This document shows positions 39,172 to 48,179 of a stretch of 64,000 nt of DNA, in pieces. The number at the start of each line of letters is the position of its first letter. Positions within the stretch are counted from its first letter, which is position 1. The position numbers and the translations under genes are program-made. The stretch is from an uncultured Gammaproteobacteria bacterium (GTDB taxonomy: Bacteria > Patescibacteriota > Microgenomatia > 2-02-FULL-39-11): the NCBI GenBank assembly GCA_964362665.1, contig CAYIFB010000005.1, forward strand, positions 2,556 to 66,555. Direction: 5' to 3'. Under the pieces are notes generated by a model. It saw nothing but the letters and a program-made list of their open reading frames with translations, made no database searches and had not been told where the DNA came from.

Positions 39172-39837
39172 AATATATTTAATTCCTTCAATCAGGATAT
39201 TGAATTTCGACCTGCGGGTTGTACCGGTATACCGGACGGGGACAGAGGTAATTTTCAGATGTCTATTCATGCTCCATATTGCCAGCTGTGTCTGGAAAAA
39301 AATACTTTGGGCGTTACACGAGGCGAGTAATGGTAAAATTTTAGCCCGCTTCATAAAGATTGTTCCCTGGGTGTCTGAAATAGTGAGCCCAAAAAATATT
39401 TTTGTAAGGTATGAGTGAAGGTAAGTTGCAGTTTTACGGAATAAACCGATTTGATAATGGGATTTTGAGTGTGTTTTTGAGCCGTAGATAAGATCAAATT
39501 CAGAGGAAAGTGCGAGCATTTGTTTCAAATCTTCAAAGCGGAAGGGATTATCAAGCCCGTTGAGATAAACATACGGAAATTTGGCTTTTTGAATCCCTTT
39601 TTTTAAAGCTGTACCGATATTGGTGGAATTTAGATAAGTAATTTGGGAGAATTTTCTGCACAACTTTTGGCAAAGTAAAAGAGTATTATCAGAACTTCCA
39701 TTTTCGCAAAGGATAATTTCAAAACTCCTGATATTATTTTCACGAGACAAATAATCGAGAAATTGCAGAATGGCTTTTTCCAGCAGTGACTCTTCATTTT
39801 TTACAGGTATGACAAGAGACAAATCAATTTTTCTCAT
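39139..39837 (-). CDS. GT2 family glycosyltransferase (DPM1-like)
   Basis: 'LSLVIPVKNEE', 'ILCENGSSDNT', 'IGTALKKG'. The start overlaps the end of the upstream GT-C gene by 14 nt. Confidence 0.7.
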   Translation of the reverse strand: MRKIDLSLVIPVKNEESLLEKAILQFLDYLSRENNIRSFEIILCENGSSDNTLLLCQKLCRKFSQITYLNSTNIGTALKKGIQKAKFPYVYLNGLDNPFRFEDLKQMLALSSEFDLIYGSKTHSKSHYQIGLFRKTATYLHSYLTKIFFGLTISDTQGTIFMKRAKILPLLASCNAQSIFFQTQLAIWSMNRHLKITSVPVRYTGTTRRSKFNILIEGIKYILEALAEKYIF

Positions 39838-41635
39838 AAATGAAAGTGGTGGGCGAGCTGTAAACTTGCTTTAATTTCCATTTAGTTATCAGTTCAGGTT
39901 TTGGCATATTTGTATCACGACTGTACAAAACATAGGACACGTTGTATTTTTTAAAAATTGCCGGTGCATCGGTATCATTTTTGGGTGAGAAAACCAGATA
40001 GGCATCCTCCTTTTTTTTGGTAGAAGCATAGGTATTTGCGGGATGACCATAGACAACTTTGTCATGGGTAAAAGCCGGAATCAGATTGCCTATAAAGCCT
40101 CCGGCAAGAACAACTGACTTATCAGGGGAGTTTTTGTCGAGCCACTTGAAAGCCTTCATGATGTCGTTGGGAACGTAAATATTATAAAAGTTTTTGGTAA
40201 ACTGCAAAGGTTCATTGGTCAGGGAAAAATAAAAGGGAACAAGAGAATACAGGAGTATGGCGACTAAAATTAAAGTGGAAATTATTTTCTGATGTTTGGT
40301 AAAAATTGTTTCCAGATACATGGCTCCAAATCCTGCTAAAATACCGATGGGAATATAGGTGGCAGTTTCCAGAAAATAAACATCACCCAACTGGGGCAGA
40401 AAAAATCTGAATAAGGGAATTCCCAGAATGGGAAAAATAGCCCATCCCAAGAGTATTAAGGAAAGAAAAGTTAATTTCTTGAACATCACTTTCAGTCCGA
40501 TTACCATAAGTATAAAAAATGGACCAAGTGATAAAAGATACTCCCATAATTTGAAAGAAAAAGTGAATTTTACGGCTACTTTATTGTATCCCGACCAGGG
40601 AAAGCCGGAGCGGGAAATGTAAAAAATATATACAAGAGACAATCCGGCTAGCGCGACGTAGACTGCGATGAGCATTAACTTATTTAAGAATAGCGGGTCC
40701 TGTCTCAATATTCGCGGGTCCTGCCGCAAGTTTCTCTCCCGCCAGTACTCGCCTCCGATTGTCGGTTGCGTGCTGTCGGGATCCCTTCTTCTTGCGTCAC
40801 CCGCTCTGATAAAATTTATTATCTGATTAATTAGAACTATCAAAACTGCCGTACCCAGTCCGCCTAAGAGGCTAAGCATGGTGGCAAAATACACAAAACC
40901 CGCCAAAAACCCCAACAAACCTGCCAAGAGACAATAACGGAGTAAATTTTTTTCGAGAGCAATAACAAGAAAATAAACAGACCAAACAGCCAGAATCGTA
41001 CTCAAAAGATGATGGGGAATATAGGTAATTCTCATGATGGGATCAAGTCTGGTCCAGAAAGAGAGAAACTGTTGAAACTCATATTGTCCGTTATTAAACT
41101 TTAAAAACCAGAAGCTATTATTGATTAGAAGAAATAAACAAGTCCAGACGAAATACTTAGGGCTCGTTCCTGAATAATCCTTACGATTATTTAGGATTAC
41201 GGCCCTATGTGGCGTATCCAAAATGTCAACGTTATTTTGGAGTACGCCCTTTTTACTGCCAAAGATTTTATGGGCCAGAAAAAAAGAAGACAAAATCAGG
41301 ACGAACCCGAGAATAATTCTTGAGAAAAAGTAAACGTTGACAAGGGACAGATGAAACCATTTCGCCAGGTGTCCTGTGAACGCGTAGAAAGTATGGACAA
41401 AGGCAGGGGTAAAGCTTTCAGGGGTCATGTAGGTTGTCAAAAGCCAGTGTCCGTCAAACCCCTGGCGCATCAGGGAAAGGTAATAAAAATAATCATCAGG
41501 ATGGTTATGCACCAAAGGAAATACGGTTCCGGCAGGGGTATGTTTCAACCGGGTAAGGTCGGGAATGATGGAAAGTAAAACAAAAGAAGCAGCTAGCAGG
41601 GCCAAAAGAAAGACTGGATTTTTTACTCTTTTCAT
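39824..41635 (-). CDS. GT-C-like membrane glycosyltransferase, paralog family member 3, containing two in-frame repeat-element insertions
   Basis: Family motifs 'HNHPDDYFYYLSLMRQG', 'RITYIPHHLL' and C-terminal 'GNLIPAFTHDKVVYGH'. Contains the family A repeat (40716-40802, translated RAGDARRRDPDSTQPTIGGEYWRERNLRQDP) and the family B repeat (41156-41249, translated DTPHRAVILNNRKDYSGTSPK). Confidence 0.6.
   Translation of the reverse strand: MKRVKNPVFLLALLAASFVLLSIIPDLTRLKHTPAGTVFPLVHNHPDDYFYYLSLMRQGFDGHWLLTTYMTPESFTPAFVHTFYAFTGHLAKWFHLSLVNVYFFSRIILGFVLILSSFFLAHKIFGSKKGVLQNNVDILDTPHRAVILNNRKDYSGTSPKYFVWTCLFLLINNSFWFLKFNNGQYEFQQFLSFWTRLDPIMRITYIPHHLLSTILAVWSVYFLVIALEKNLLRYCLLAGLLGFLAGFVYFATMLSLLGGLGTAVLIVLINQIINFIRAGDARRRDPDSTQPTIGGEYWRERNLRQDPRILRQDPLFLNKLMLIAVYVALAGLSLVYIFYISRSGFPWSGYNKVAVKFTFSFKLWEYLLSLGPFFILMVIGLKVMFKKLTFLSLILLGWAIFPILGIPLFRFFLPQLGDVYFLETATYIPIGILAGFGAMYLETIFTKHQKIISTLILVAILLYSLVPFYFSLTNEPLQFTKNFYNIYVPNDIMKAFKWLDKNSPDKSVVLAGGFIGNLIPAFTHDKVVYGHPANTYASTKKKEDAYLVFSPKNDTDAPAIFKKYNVSYVLYSRDTNMPKPELITKWKLKQVYSSPTTFIYEKN
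40716..40802 (-). repeat. family A repeat copy 4, inserted in-frame inside CDS 39824-41635; a partial duplicate lies at 40693-40706
   Basis: gggtcctgccgcaagtttctctcccgccagtactcgcctccgattgtcggttgcgtgctgtcgggatcccttcttcttgcgtcaccc. About 90% identical to 50148-50234. Confidence 0.65.
41156..41249 (-). repeat. family B 95-bp palindromic repeat copy 2, inserted in-frame inside CDS 39824-41635
   Basis: Reverse complement of 2206-2299 with one mismatch. Confidence 0.75.
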
Positions 41636-41669
41636 GTATTATGTACTTGATTATTTTGAATTATATTAT

Positions 41670-42677
41670 ATGAATAATTCTAAAGTTTTGAAAGTCGCAG
41701 TCATAGGGGTCGGAGCCATGGGTAGAAATCACGCCCGAAGTTATTCCTCTATAAAAGGCGCCTCTTTAGTCGGAGTTGCGGATGTGAACGAAAGCCTGGG
41801 TCGAAAAATTGCCAAGACGTATCACACCAAGTTTTATGCGAGTTATTTAGATTTAATCAGTAATGAAAAACCCCAGGCCGTTAGCATAGTTGTGCCGACG
41901 TCGTTGCATTTTAAAGTTGCCATGGACTGCATCAACCACGGAATTTCAGTTCTGGTGGAAAAACCCCTCACCTCAACAGTTGAGGAAGCGGAAAAGCTAG
42001 TCAGAGAAGCCAAAAAAAGAAAAGTTGTCATACTGGCAGGACATATTGAGCGGTATAATCCGGTTATTGTAAAACTGCAGAAATTGATTAACTCAGGGAA
42101 ATTTGGCGATATTTTATCCATTGTAGTAAAAAGAGTCGGACTTTATCCGCCCAGGGTCAGGGACGTCAATGTGGTGACTGATTTGGCTGTGCATGATTTG
42201 GACATTATCTGTTCACTTCTTGGCCAAACGCCCACGCGGGTTTATGCCAGGGGAGGAAGAAGTTTAAACAATCAGAGGATAGACCACGCCGAAATTTTCC
42301 TCGACTTCGACCGCTCCAGCTGTTTTATTCAGGTCAATTGGATTACACCAATTAAAATAAGAACTCTGTCTATTACCGGAAAAAAAGGATTTGCAGAAAT
42401 CGATTATGTAGCTCAAAAGTTGGATATTTATAAATCAAATAACAACACCGGACTGCCTGCAGGCTTTCAGGAATTTCTTTCCAAATTCGGCGCTCCGCAA
42501 AAAGAGCAAATCAGACTTAAAGGGGAAGAACCCTTACGTCTCGAGCTTGAAGATTTTATACAGGCCGCCAGATTAAACAGATCCACTCTGGTTACTCCGG
42601 AGGAAGGAGTCCGGGCAGTAATGCTTTCCCAGGCAGTTCTTAAAAGCATCGAGCAAAATAAACCTGTTAAAATATGA
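41670..42677 (+). CDS. Gfo/Idh/MocA-family NAD(P)-dependent oxidoreductase (WbpB-like nucleotide-sugar 3-dehydrogenase candidate)
   Basis: 'LKVAVIGVGAMGRNHARSY' Rossmann motif. 'EKPLTSTVEEAEKL' EKP motif. Start set at the Met preceding NNSKVLK, because the longer ORF would overlap the convergent gene. Confidence 0.7.
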   Translation: MNNSKVLKVAVIGVGAMGRNHARSYSSIKGASLVGVADVNESLGRKIAKTYHTKFYASYLDLISNEKPQAVSIVVPTSLHFKVAMDCINHGISVLVEKPLTSTVEEAEKLVREAKKRKVVILAGHIERYNPVIVKLQKLINSGKFGDILSIVVKRVGLYPPRVRDVNVVTDLAVHDLDIICSLLGQTPTRVYARGGRSLNNQRIDHAEIFLDFDRSSCFIQVNWITPIKIRTLSITGKKGFAEIDYVAQKLDIYKSNNNTGLPAGFQEFLSKFGAPQKEQIRLKGEEPLRLELEDFIQAARLNRSTLVTPEEGVRAVMLSQAVLKSIEQNKPVKI

Positions 42678-43405
42678 AAAAAGTTTTTATCAGCGGATCT
42701 ACCCGCGGAATTGGGCGGGAAACCGCGCTAGAATTTGCAAGGAACGGCTATTGTGTGATTCTTAATGGACGACGTAAAAATCAAAAATCAGAGCAGATAC
42801 TTGCGGATATTAAAAAAATTTCCCCTGACTGCGAAATTTACTATTTTGATGTGTCAGATAAGAATAAAGTCAAACAAAACTGCCAAAAGATAGTTAAAAA
42901 ACACGGCTCTCTCGATGTTCTGGTGAATAATGCAGGTATAATCAAAGACAGTTCGTTCATTAAAATGAGTAACGAAGATTGGGATAAAGTTATTAAGACG
43001 AACCTTTATGGTCCTTATAATCTTATCAAAAACTTTTTGCCGGCAATGATCAAAAGACACTACGGGCGAATAATAAATATTTCATCTGTGGTGGCTTTGA
43101 CAGGTAACTTCGGGCAAACAAATTATGCTGCTTCCAAAGCAGGACTTTTGGGATTGACGAAGTCACTTTCCAAGGAAACGGCCAGATATAATATTACAGT
43201 CAACGCAGTTTGTCCCGGTTTTACTAAAACAGAGATGACAGCTTCAATTCCCAAAGATATATTAGAGAAAAAAATCCTGCCTAAAATTCCTGCCGGAAGG
43301 CTGTGTGATCCGAGAGAAGTCGCCAAATTAATCCTGTTTCTTTCCTCCGAGGAGAGCGGTTACATTAATGGAGAATGCATCAATATTAATGGAGGAATGT
43401 TTTAA
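42674..43405 (+). CDS. short-chain dehydrogenase/reductase (FabG-like 3-oxoacyl reductase family)
   Basis: 'ISGSTRGIGRETA', 'NNAGI', 'YAASKAGLLGLTKSL'. Confidence 0.8.
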   Translation: MKKVFISGSTRGIGRETALEFARNGYCVILNGRRKNQKSEQILADIKKISPDCEIYYFDVSDKNKVKQNCQKIVKKHGSLDVLVNNAGIIKDSSFIKMSNEDWDKVIKTNLYGPYNLIKNFLPAMIKRHYGRIINISSVVALTGNFGQTNYAASKAGLLGLTKSLSKETARYNITVNAVCPGFTKTEMTASIPKDILEKKILPKIPAGRLCDPREVAKLILFLSSEESGYINGECININGGMF

Positions 43406-43406
43406 A

Positions 43407-44081
43407 ATGAATGATTGTTTTATCGGTAAATTCGTCAAAATAGGGAGAGGCATAAAAATGGGCCACAACGTGGTTATCCATGACCATGTAACCATCGGAA
43501 AAAACGTACAAATTCACGACAACGCAGTGATAGGACAAAAGCCTTTTTCTTCTAAAATTTTAACCAGAAAATCTACGGCCGGGGCAAAAACTGTCATTTC
43601 TGACGGTAGTATTATAGGTGCAAATGTCGTGCTTTATGCCGGTTGCCAGATCGGGAAAAATACCATTATCTCGGATTTGGCAGCCATCCGCGAAAACTGC
43701 CGGATTGGAAATCAATGTACAATCGGAACCGGAGTGACCATAAATTTAGGAGCGGTAATCAAAAACAAGGTGAGAATCATGAATTCATCGCACATAACTT
43801 CCGATACTTTAATTGAAGATAATGTCTTTATCAGCGTGCATGTCACTTCCACCAATGATAATAAAATGGGCAGGTCAAAATTTAAAATGAAAGGCGTACA
43901 TATAAAAAAAGGCGCCTCAATAGGAGCTGGCGTAGTTTTCCTGCCGGGGGTGACTGTAGGAAGGCAGGCGGTAGTTGGCGCAGGAGCTGTCGTGACCCAT
44001 GACATTCCTGACAACAAAATGGTCTTCGGAATTCCTGCCAGAATTGTCAAAGATACGCCTGAAGATATGAAAAGCAAGTAA
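43407..44081 (+). CDS. hexapeptide-repeat (left-handed beta-helix) acyl/acetyltransferase, WbpD-like
   Basis: Repeated [LIV]GxxxxI hexads ('IGKNVQIHDNAVIGQ', 'IGANVVLYAGCQIGKNTII'). ATG at 43407 lies 1 nt after the upstream stop. Confidence 0.7.
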   Translation: MNDCFIGKFVKIGRGIKMGHNVVIHDHVTIGKNVQIHDNAVIGQKPFSSKILTRKSTAGAKTVISDGSIIGANVVLYAGCQIGKNTIISDLAAIRENCRIGNQCTIGTGVTINLGAVIKNKVRIMNSSHITSDTLIEDNVFISVHVTSTNDNKMGRSKFKMKGVHIKKGASIGAGVVFLPGVTVGRQAVVGAGAVVTHDIPDNKMVFGIPARIVKDTPEDMKSK

Positions 44082-44086
44082 TAATT

Positions 44087-45289
44087 ATGGAAATAAAAAT
44101 TTCTAATCCCTTTATCGGCAAAGAGGAAATAAACGCCGTTATCAAAGTGTTAAAAAGCGGAAATTTAGCCAGCGGAAACGTGGTTTCCGAGTTTGAAAGA
44201 GAATTTAAAGAGTATATCGGCGTCAAACATGTTGTTGCAGTATCAAGCGGTACTTCAGCATTACTTATTTCATTACTCGCCCTCGGAATTGGCCCGGGTG
44301 ATGAGGTGATTACTACTGCTTTTACTTTCCGGGCTACGATTGAAACCATTATTTTTTGCGGTGCCCTCCCCAAACTTGTTGATATTGATCCTTCTACCTA
44401 TAACATTAATCCTGATCTCATTGAACAGGCAATTACCAAGAGAACCCGTGCCATTCTCCCAGTCCACCTCTACGGACTCCCTTGTGATATGAATTCCATC
44501 ATGAGAATTGCCAAAAAGCACAATCTGAAAGTCATAGAAGACTGTGCACAGGCGCATGGAGCGTCTATCGCAGCCTCTGAGGTCGGTATGACTTTTTTGC
44601 GCACCTCCCAAACTCCCCCGATGCTATATCGGGGTCGAGGCCGTGGGCGTGCTCAAAAAGCATACCTCCCCGCGGCTGCTGAAGTTTTGCAAAAAGTAGG
44701 CAGTATAGGCGACGCGGGGTGTTTTTCGTTTTACGCTACCAAAAATATGACGACAGGTGAGGGGGGAATGATTACCACCAATAATGATGAATTATTTCAA
44801 AATATACTTCGTATCATAAAACATGAGGGGAAATTAAATATTGATTTATTAGATATACATTTCAGGATGACCGATATCCAGGCAGCGTTAGGACGGGTGC
44901 AATTAAAAAGATTAGACAGACTAAACAGGATAAGAATTAAAAATGCCAATTTTTATAAGCAAAAATTAAGTACGGTGAAAGGTTTGATCTGCCCGAAGGT
45001 GCCGGAAGGCAAAAAACATGTTTTTCATCAGTATACGGTGAAAATCAATGATAATTATTCTCTCTCCCGAGAGATGCTGTTAAAGAAATTAGAACAAGCT
45101 GGAATTCAAGCGAGAATCTATTATCCTCAGCCAATTCATAAATTATCATTATTTACAGGGTTATTCACCGGAAAAAATTTATCCCGGTCAGAACAAGTGG
45201 CCAAAGAGGTTTTATCACTTCCCATACATCCCAAACTTAATATAAAACAATTAAAGTCGATCGTTAACTGCCTTAAAAACGATAAATAA
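44087..45289 (+). CDS. DegT/DnrJ/EryC1-family sugar aminotransferase (WbpE-like), carrying a roughly 45-aa in-frame insertion
   Basis: 'AVSSGTSALLISL', 'AQAHGA ... VGSIGDAGCFSFYATKNMTTGEGG'. Insertion 'SIAASEVGMTFLRTSQTPPMLYRGRGRGRAQKAYLPAAAEVLQK'. A 160-nt block at 44401-44561 is near-identical to 35971-36131. Confidence 0.8.
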   Translation: MEIKISNPFIGKEEINAVIKVLKSGNLASGNVVSEFEREFKEYIGVKHVVAVSSGTSALLISLLALGIGPGDEVITTAFTFRATIETIIFCGALPKLVDIDPSTYNINPDLIEQAITKRTRAILPVHLYGLPCDMNSIMRIAKKHNLKVIEDCAQAHGASIAASEVGMTFLRTSQTPPMLYRGRGRGRAQKAYLPAAAEVLQKVGSIGDAGCFSFYATKNMTTGEGGMITTNNDELFQNILRIIKHEGKLNIDLLDIHFRMTDIQAALGRVQLKRLDRLNRIRIKNANFYKQKLSTVKGLICPKVPEGKKHVFHQYTVKINDNYSLSREMLLKKLEQAGIQARIYYPQPIHKLSLFTGLFTGKNLSRSEQVAKEVLSLPIHPKLNIKQLKSIVNCLKNDK

Positions 45290-47018
45290 CTGCCTGAGGA
45301 TTATTGTAGACAGGTTTTAAAAAGGGATAGACCATCTCTAAGCTCTTTCCTTTGGATTTTTCTTTTTCCTGGACGCTGACGAAGATATATTTGACACGGT
45401 TATTTTTCAGGAAGATTTCCGCTTCCCGTACCGGCATTTTGCCTGTATAAAATCTATCAACCAGACGCTGTTTTTCCTCATAATTGACGGTATTTGATTG
45501 GCCAAAGAAGACGGTATTGCCGGAGTAGGCGGGAATAAAATTGCCGGCGGTGATTTCAGCCAAAACCACATCACTGCGAATTGTGTTATTTTTCAGCCAG
45601 CGTATGCCATCCATCCAGGTTCTCAGAGGATACATGGTTTGGGGAGGATAGGGGACAGCCGGAATATTGGCCCGTACTCTTTGGGTAATGAAATTGGTCT
45701 GCCAGGATATACTAACTTTCATCATAAAGAAATTTAATGCAAGATAACAAATAACAAATAACAGATAACAGAAACAGAAAAAATGCTTTACCGACAAATC
45801 TTTATATTTGAAACTCACGATAAATTCCCAAACTTGTTGGAAAAAGTAAACAGCCAGAAGTCCTAAAGGAATGAAAAGCCCGGTTTGGGTGAAGCGGAGC
45901 GGGCTTTGCTCTTTGATATAGGTAAAAAGTATGGCAAAAAGAAAAGTCATCAAAATCCAAAAAGTGAGAGGATGAAATTTGCTGTCTCTTTTGACAAGTG
46001 AGATGAAAATACCAAAAAGAGCCAGAAAAAAGACAGGACCGGTTCCCAAAAGATATTCCCAAAAAGGAATGAGCATAGGATGGGTCTGGTGGAAAATTAC
46101 CAGAGATGACCAGGGAGGTACGCGGGTGATAAAAAATAAGTAAATTAAAGATGGTGCACTAAGAATTATGAATAATATCAGCTTGCTGAGGTCGGGTAAG
46201 AAATTTGTCGTATCTGCAAGTCGTTCGTCTCGATTGAATAGGGACTCACTCTCCCTTCGGTGCAGATAACGCCAAATTTTTACCCTCCCCGCAAGCTTAA
46301 TGAAGATGATTGTCATAATGATTCCGTAAAGAGTCATTAAACTTGGAGGAAACACTAAGCCTACGGCATTGCCTAAAATTATTAGCGGTATCAATTGTTT
46401 CAATGATAAATTGTTAATTTTTTTTATTACCAACCAATACAGCAGGAAAAACGATCCGACCTGGCCGAATAAGATGTGGGGGATGAAGGTGATTCTTTGC
46501 ACCGCGTCGATATTCGACCACCATTCCATGAACCGGCCGACCTGAAACGCTCCATTATTTTCCATGATCAGCCTGGGAAAACTGCCTGATGAAAGAATTA
46601 TTAAAAAGGCTAAAACCTGCCAGAAAAACTTTTTAAAATATACTTTGGTCAGGAAACAAATCATAATTAAAAGTAGAGGAGACAGAATAATCCTGCCCAA
46701 CTGATAAGCTGAATTAGGACTTAGTCCCATCGTTTTACCAAGTAGTCCTAAAACGACATAAAATTCCTGAATGAGTGATCCCTGGTGTGGTTCGCTCGTG
46801 AAACGCTCCAGGGCAGTCAGGCGTCCTTCAGTGCCCTGTCTGATTTTGGAGAGGTAAAGATTATAATCAGGCCAGTAGAAATTATGTTCCAGAATAAATT
46901 CACGGTTAGGGTCTCCCAGGCTTTTGGACTTCGATAATTCAAAAATCGTGGGATAAAAAGAGATTGCCAAAAAAACGATTATTAGAGAAGTAAAAATGAT
47001 AGTTTTTACTGAATTCAT
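45273..47018 (-). CDS. GT-C-like membrane glycosyltransferase, paralog family member 4
   Basis: 'EHNFYWPDYNLYLSKIRQG', 'RITFIPHILFGQ', C-terminal 'GNFIPAYSGNTVFFGQ...FYTGKMP'. Start set at MNSVKT, because the upstream 28 codons of the longer ORF are a repeat element. A GC-rich segment at 46200-46290 may be another in-frame insertion. Confidence 0.6.
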   Translation of the reverse strand: MNSVKTIIFTSLIIVFLAISFYPTIFELSKSKSLGDPNREFILEHNFYWPDYNLYLSKIRQGTEGRLTALERFTSEPHQGSLIQEFYVVLGLLGKTMGLSPNSAYQLGRIILSPLLLIMICFLTKVYFKKFFWQVLAFLIILSSGSFPRLIMENNGAFQVGRFMEWWSNIDAVQRITFIPHILFGQVGSFFLLYWLVIKKINNLSLKQLIPLIILGNAVGLVFPPSLMTLYGIIMTIIFIKLAGRVKIWRYLHRRESESLFNRDERLADTTNFLPDLSKLILFIILSAPSLIYLFFITRVPPWSSLVIFHQTHPMLIPFWEYLLGTGPVFFLALFGIFISLVKRDSKFHPLTFWILMTFLFAILFTYIKEQSPLRFTQTGLFIPLGLLAVYFFQQVWEFIVSFKYKDLSVKHFFCFCYLLFVICYLALNFFMMKVSISWQTNFITQRVRANIPAVPYPPQTMYPLRTWMDGIRWLKNNTIRSDVVLAEITAGNFIPAYSGNTVFFGQSNTVNYEEKQRLVDRFYTGKMPVREAEIFLKNNRVKYIFVSVQEKEKSKGKSLEMVYPFLKPVYNNPQAVIYRF

Positions 47019-47144
47019 ACGAGATCCTTCGACGCGTTTCGGGACGTACCGTATGGAACATCCCTTCGCTTGCTCAGGATGACATCGCCTTCGGCGAGTC
47101 ACTTGACCATGATAATATTATAGCTTAACATAAGGCACGAATAT

Positions 47145-48179
47145 ATGACTTTTCTTTCAATCATCATACCTGTTTACAATTCTCAAAATTCGATCACCCC
47201 TCTTTTAAATTCCCTGATTTCCGCCAGGAAGGTGAACTTTAAGGAAATTGAACTGATCCTGGTGGACGACGCGTCACAGGATAATTCTTTGAAACTTATA
47301 GAGAAATGGCTTACCTTAAAGGGTGACACCTTTAAAGGTGTGAAGACTTTGAGTCTGAAGAAAAATTCCGGTCCGGCCAAAGCCCGTAATATCGGAGTCA
47401 AATACGCCAAGGGAAAGGTAGTATTATTTCTAGATTCTGATGTAGAAGTTTATAGTAATACTCTTTTTGAAATAATAAGATCCTTTAAAAATGATCCGGA
47501 TCTTCATGCTTTGACAGGGGTCTGGGATAAAAAGCAGAAAGGACATAAATTATTCCAGAAATTCAAAGCCTTGAGAGACTGGAGCTATTGGATTAATGAA
47601 CGCGATCCCCGCAATTATTATTATTTATTTTCGACCCGCATCGCCGCCATCGACAGGCAGTTATTTTTAAGGCTTGGCGGGTTTGATACGACTTATAAAG
47701 CCGCTCTGGTTGAAGATATCGAACTGACTTATAGAATTGCCAAAAGGTATGCGGTGGTTTTCGACCCGAAAGCCATTGTCCGTCATGAATTTGAGGATTT
47801 TGGACCAATTTTCCGGAAATATTTCTGGAGATCATACTACTGGAGCCGGATTTACCGCGAAAGGAAAAAATTTGATCCTGTCGCAACTACCGGTAAGGAA
47901 GCAGTGACCACAATATCGGCAGGAGGCTTGGTAGCAGTATCGGCATTGATGTTATTTAGTTCTTTAAGTCACTTAAATTATTTACAATACGTATTTCAAA
48001 CTACTTTCTACCTGCTACTGATTATTCATCTCTGGGGGGTACGCAAATTTCTCTGGTTTGTCTTTCAGGAAGAGGGAATTATTTTTGCTTTTTATTCTTT
48101 TTTGACAGGTATTGCTTTATACCTGGCGATTCTTTCCGGGGCTGCTTATTCATTGTTGTGGAACAACCGTCGGAATTAA
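47145..48179 (+). CDS. GT2 family glycosyltransferase with C-terminal membrane helices
   Basis: 'LSIIIPVYNSQNSI', 'LILVDDASQDNS', 'PAKARNIGVKYAKG', 'FLDSDVEV' (DxD). Confidence 0.7.
   Translation: MTFLSIIIPVYNSQNSITPLLNSLISARKVNFKEIELILVDDASQDNSLKLIEKWLTLKGDTFKGVKTLSLKKNSGPAKARNIGVKYAKGKVVLFLDSDVEVYSNTLFEIIRSFKNDPDLHALTGVWDKKQKGHKLFQKFKALRDWSYWINERDPRNYYYLFSTRIAAIDRQLFLRLGGFDTTYKAALVEDIELTYRIAKRYAVVFDPKAIVRHEFEDFGPIFRKYFWRSYYWSRIYRERKKFDPVATTGKEAVTTISAGGLVAVSALMLFSSLSHLNYLQYVFQTTFYLLLIIHLWGVRKFLWFVFQEEGIIFAFYSFLTGIALYLAILSGAAYSLLWNNRRN

Noticed and set aside
41565-41669. Upstream extension of the Gfo/Idh/MocA ORF overlapping the convergent GT-C gene
   Set aside because: It would overlap the 5' end of gene 39824-41635 by 70 nt. 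The Rossmann motif begins right after the internal Met at 41670.
45273-47102. Longer N-terminal extension (MTRRRRCHPEQAKGCSIRYVPKRVEGSR) of GT-C paralog 4
   Set aside because: The extension is a translation of the GC-rich repeat region at 47022-47112. The downstream Met (MNSVKT) precedes the first TM helix, as in the paralogs.
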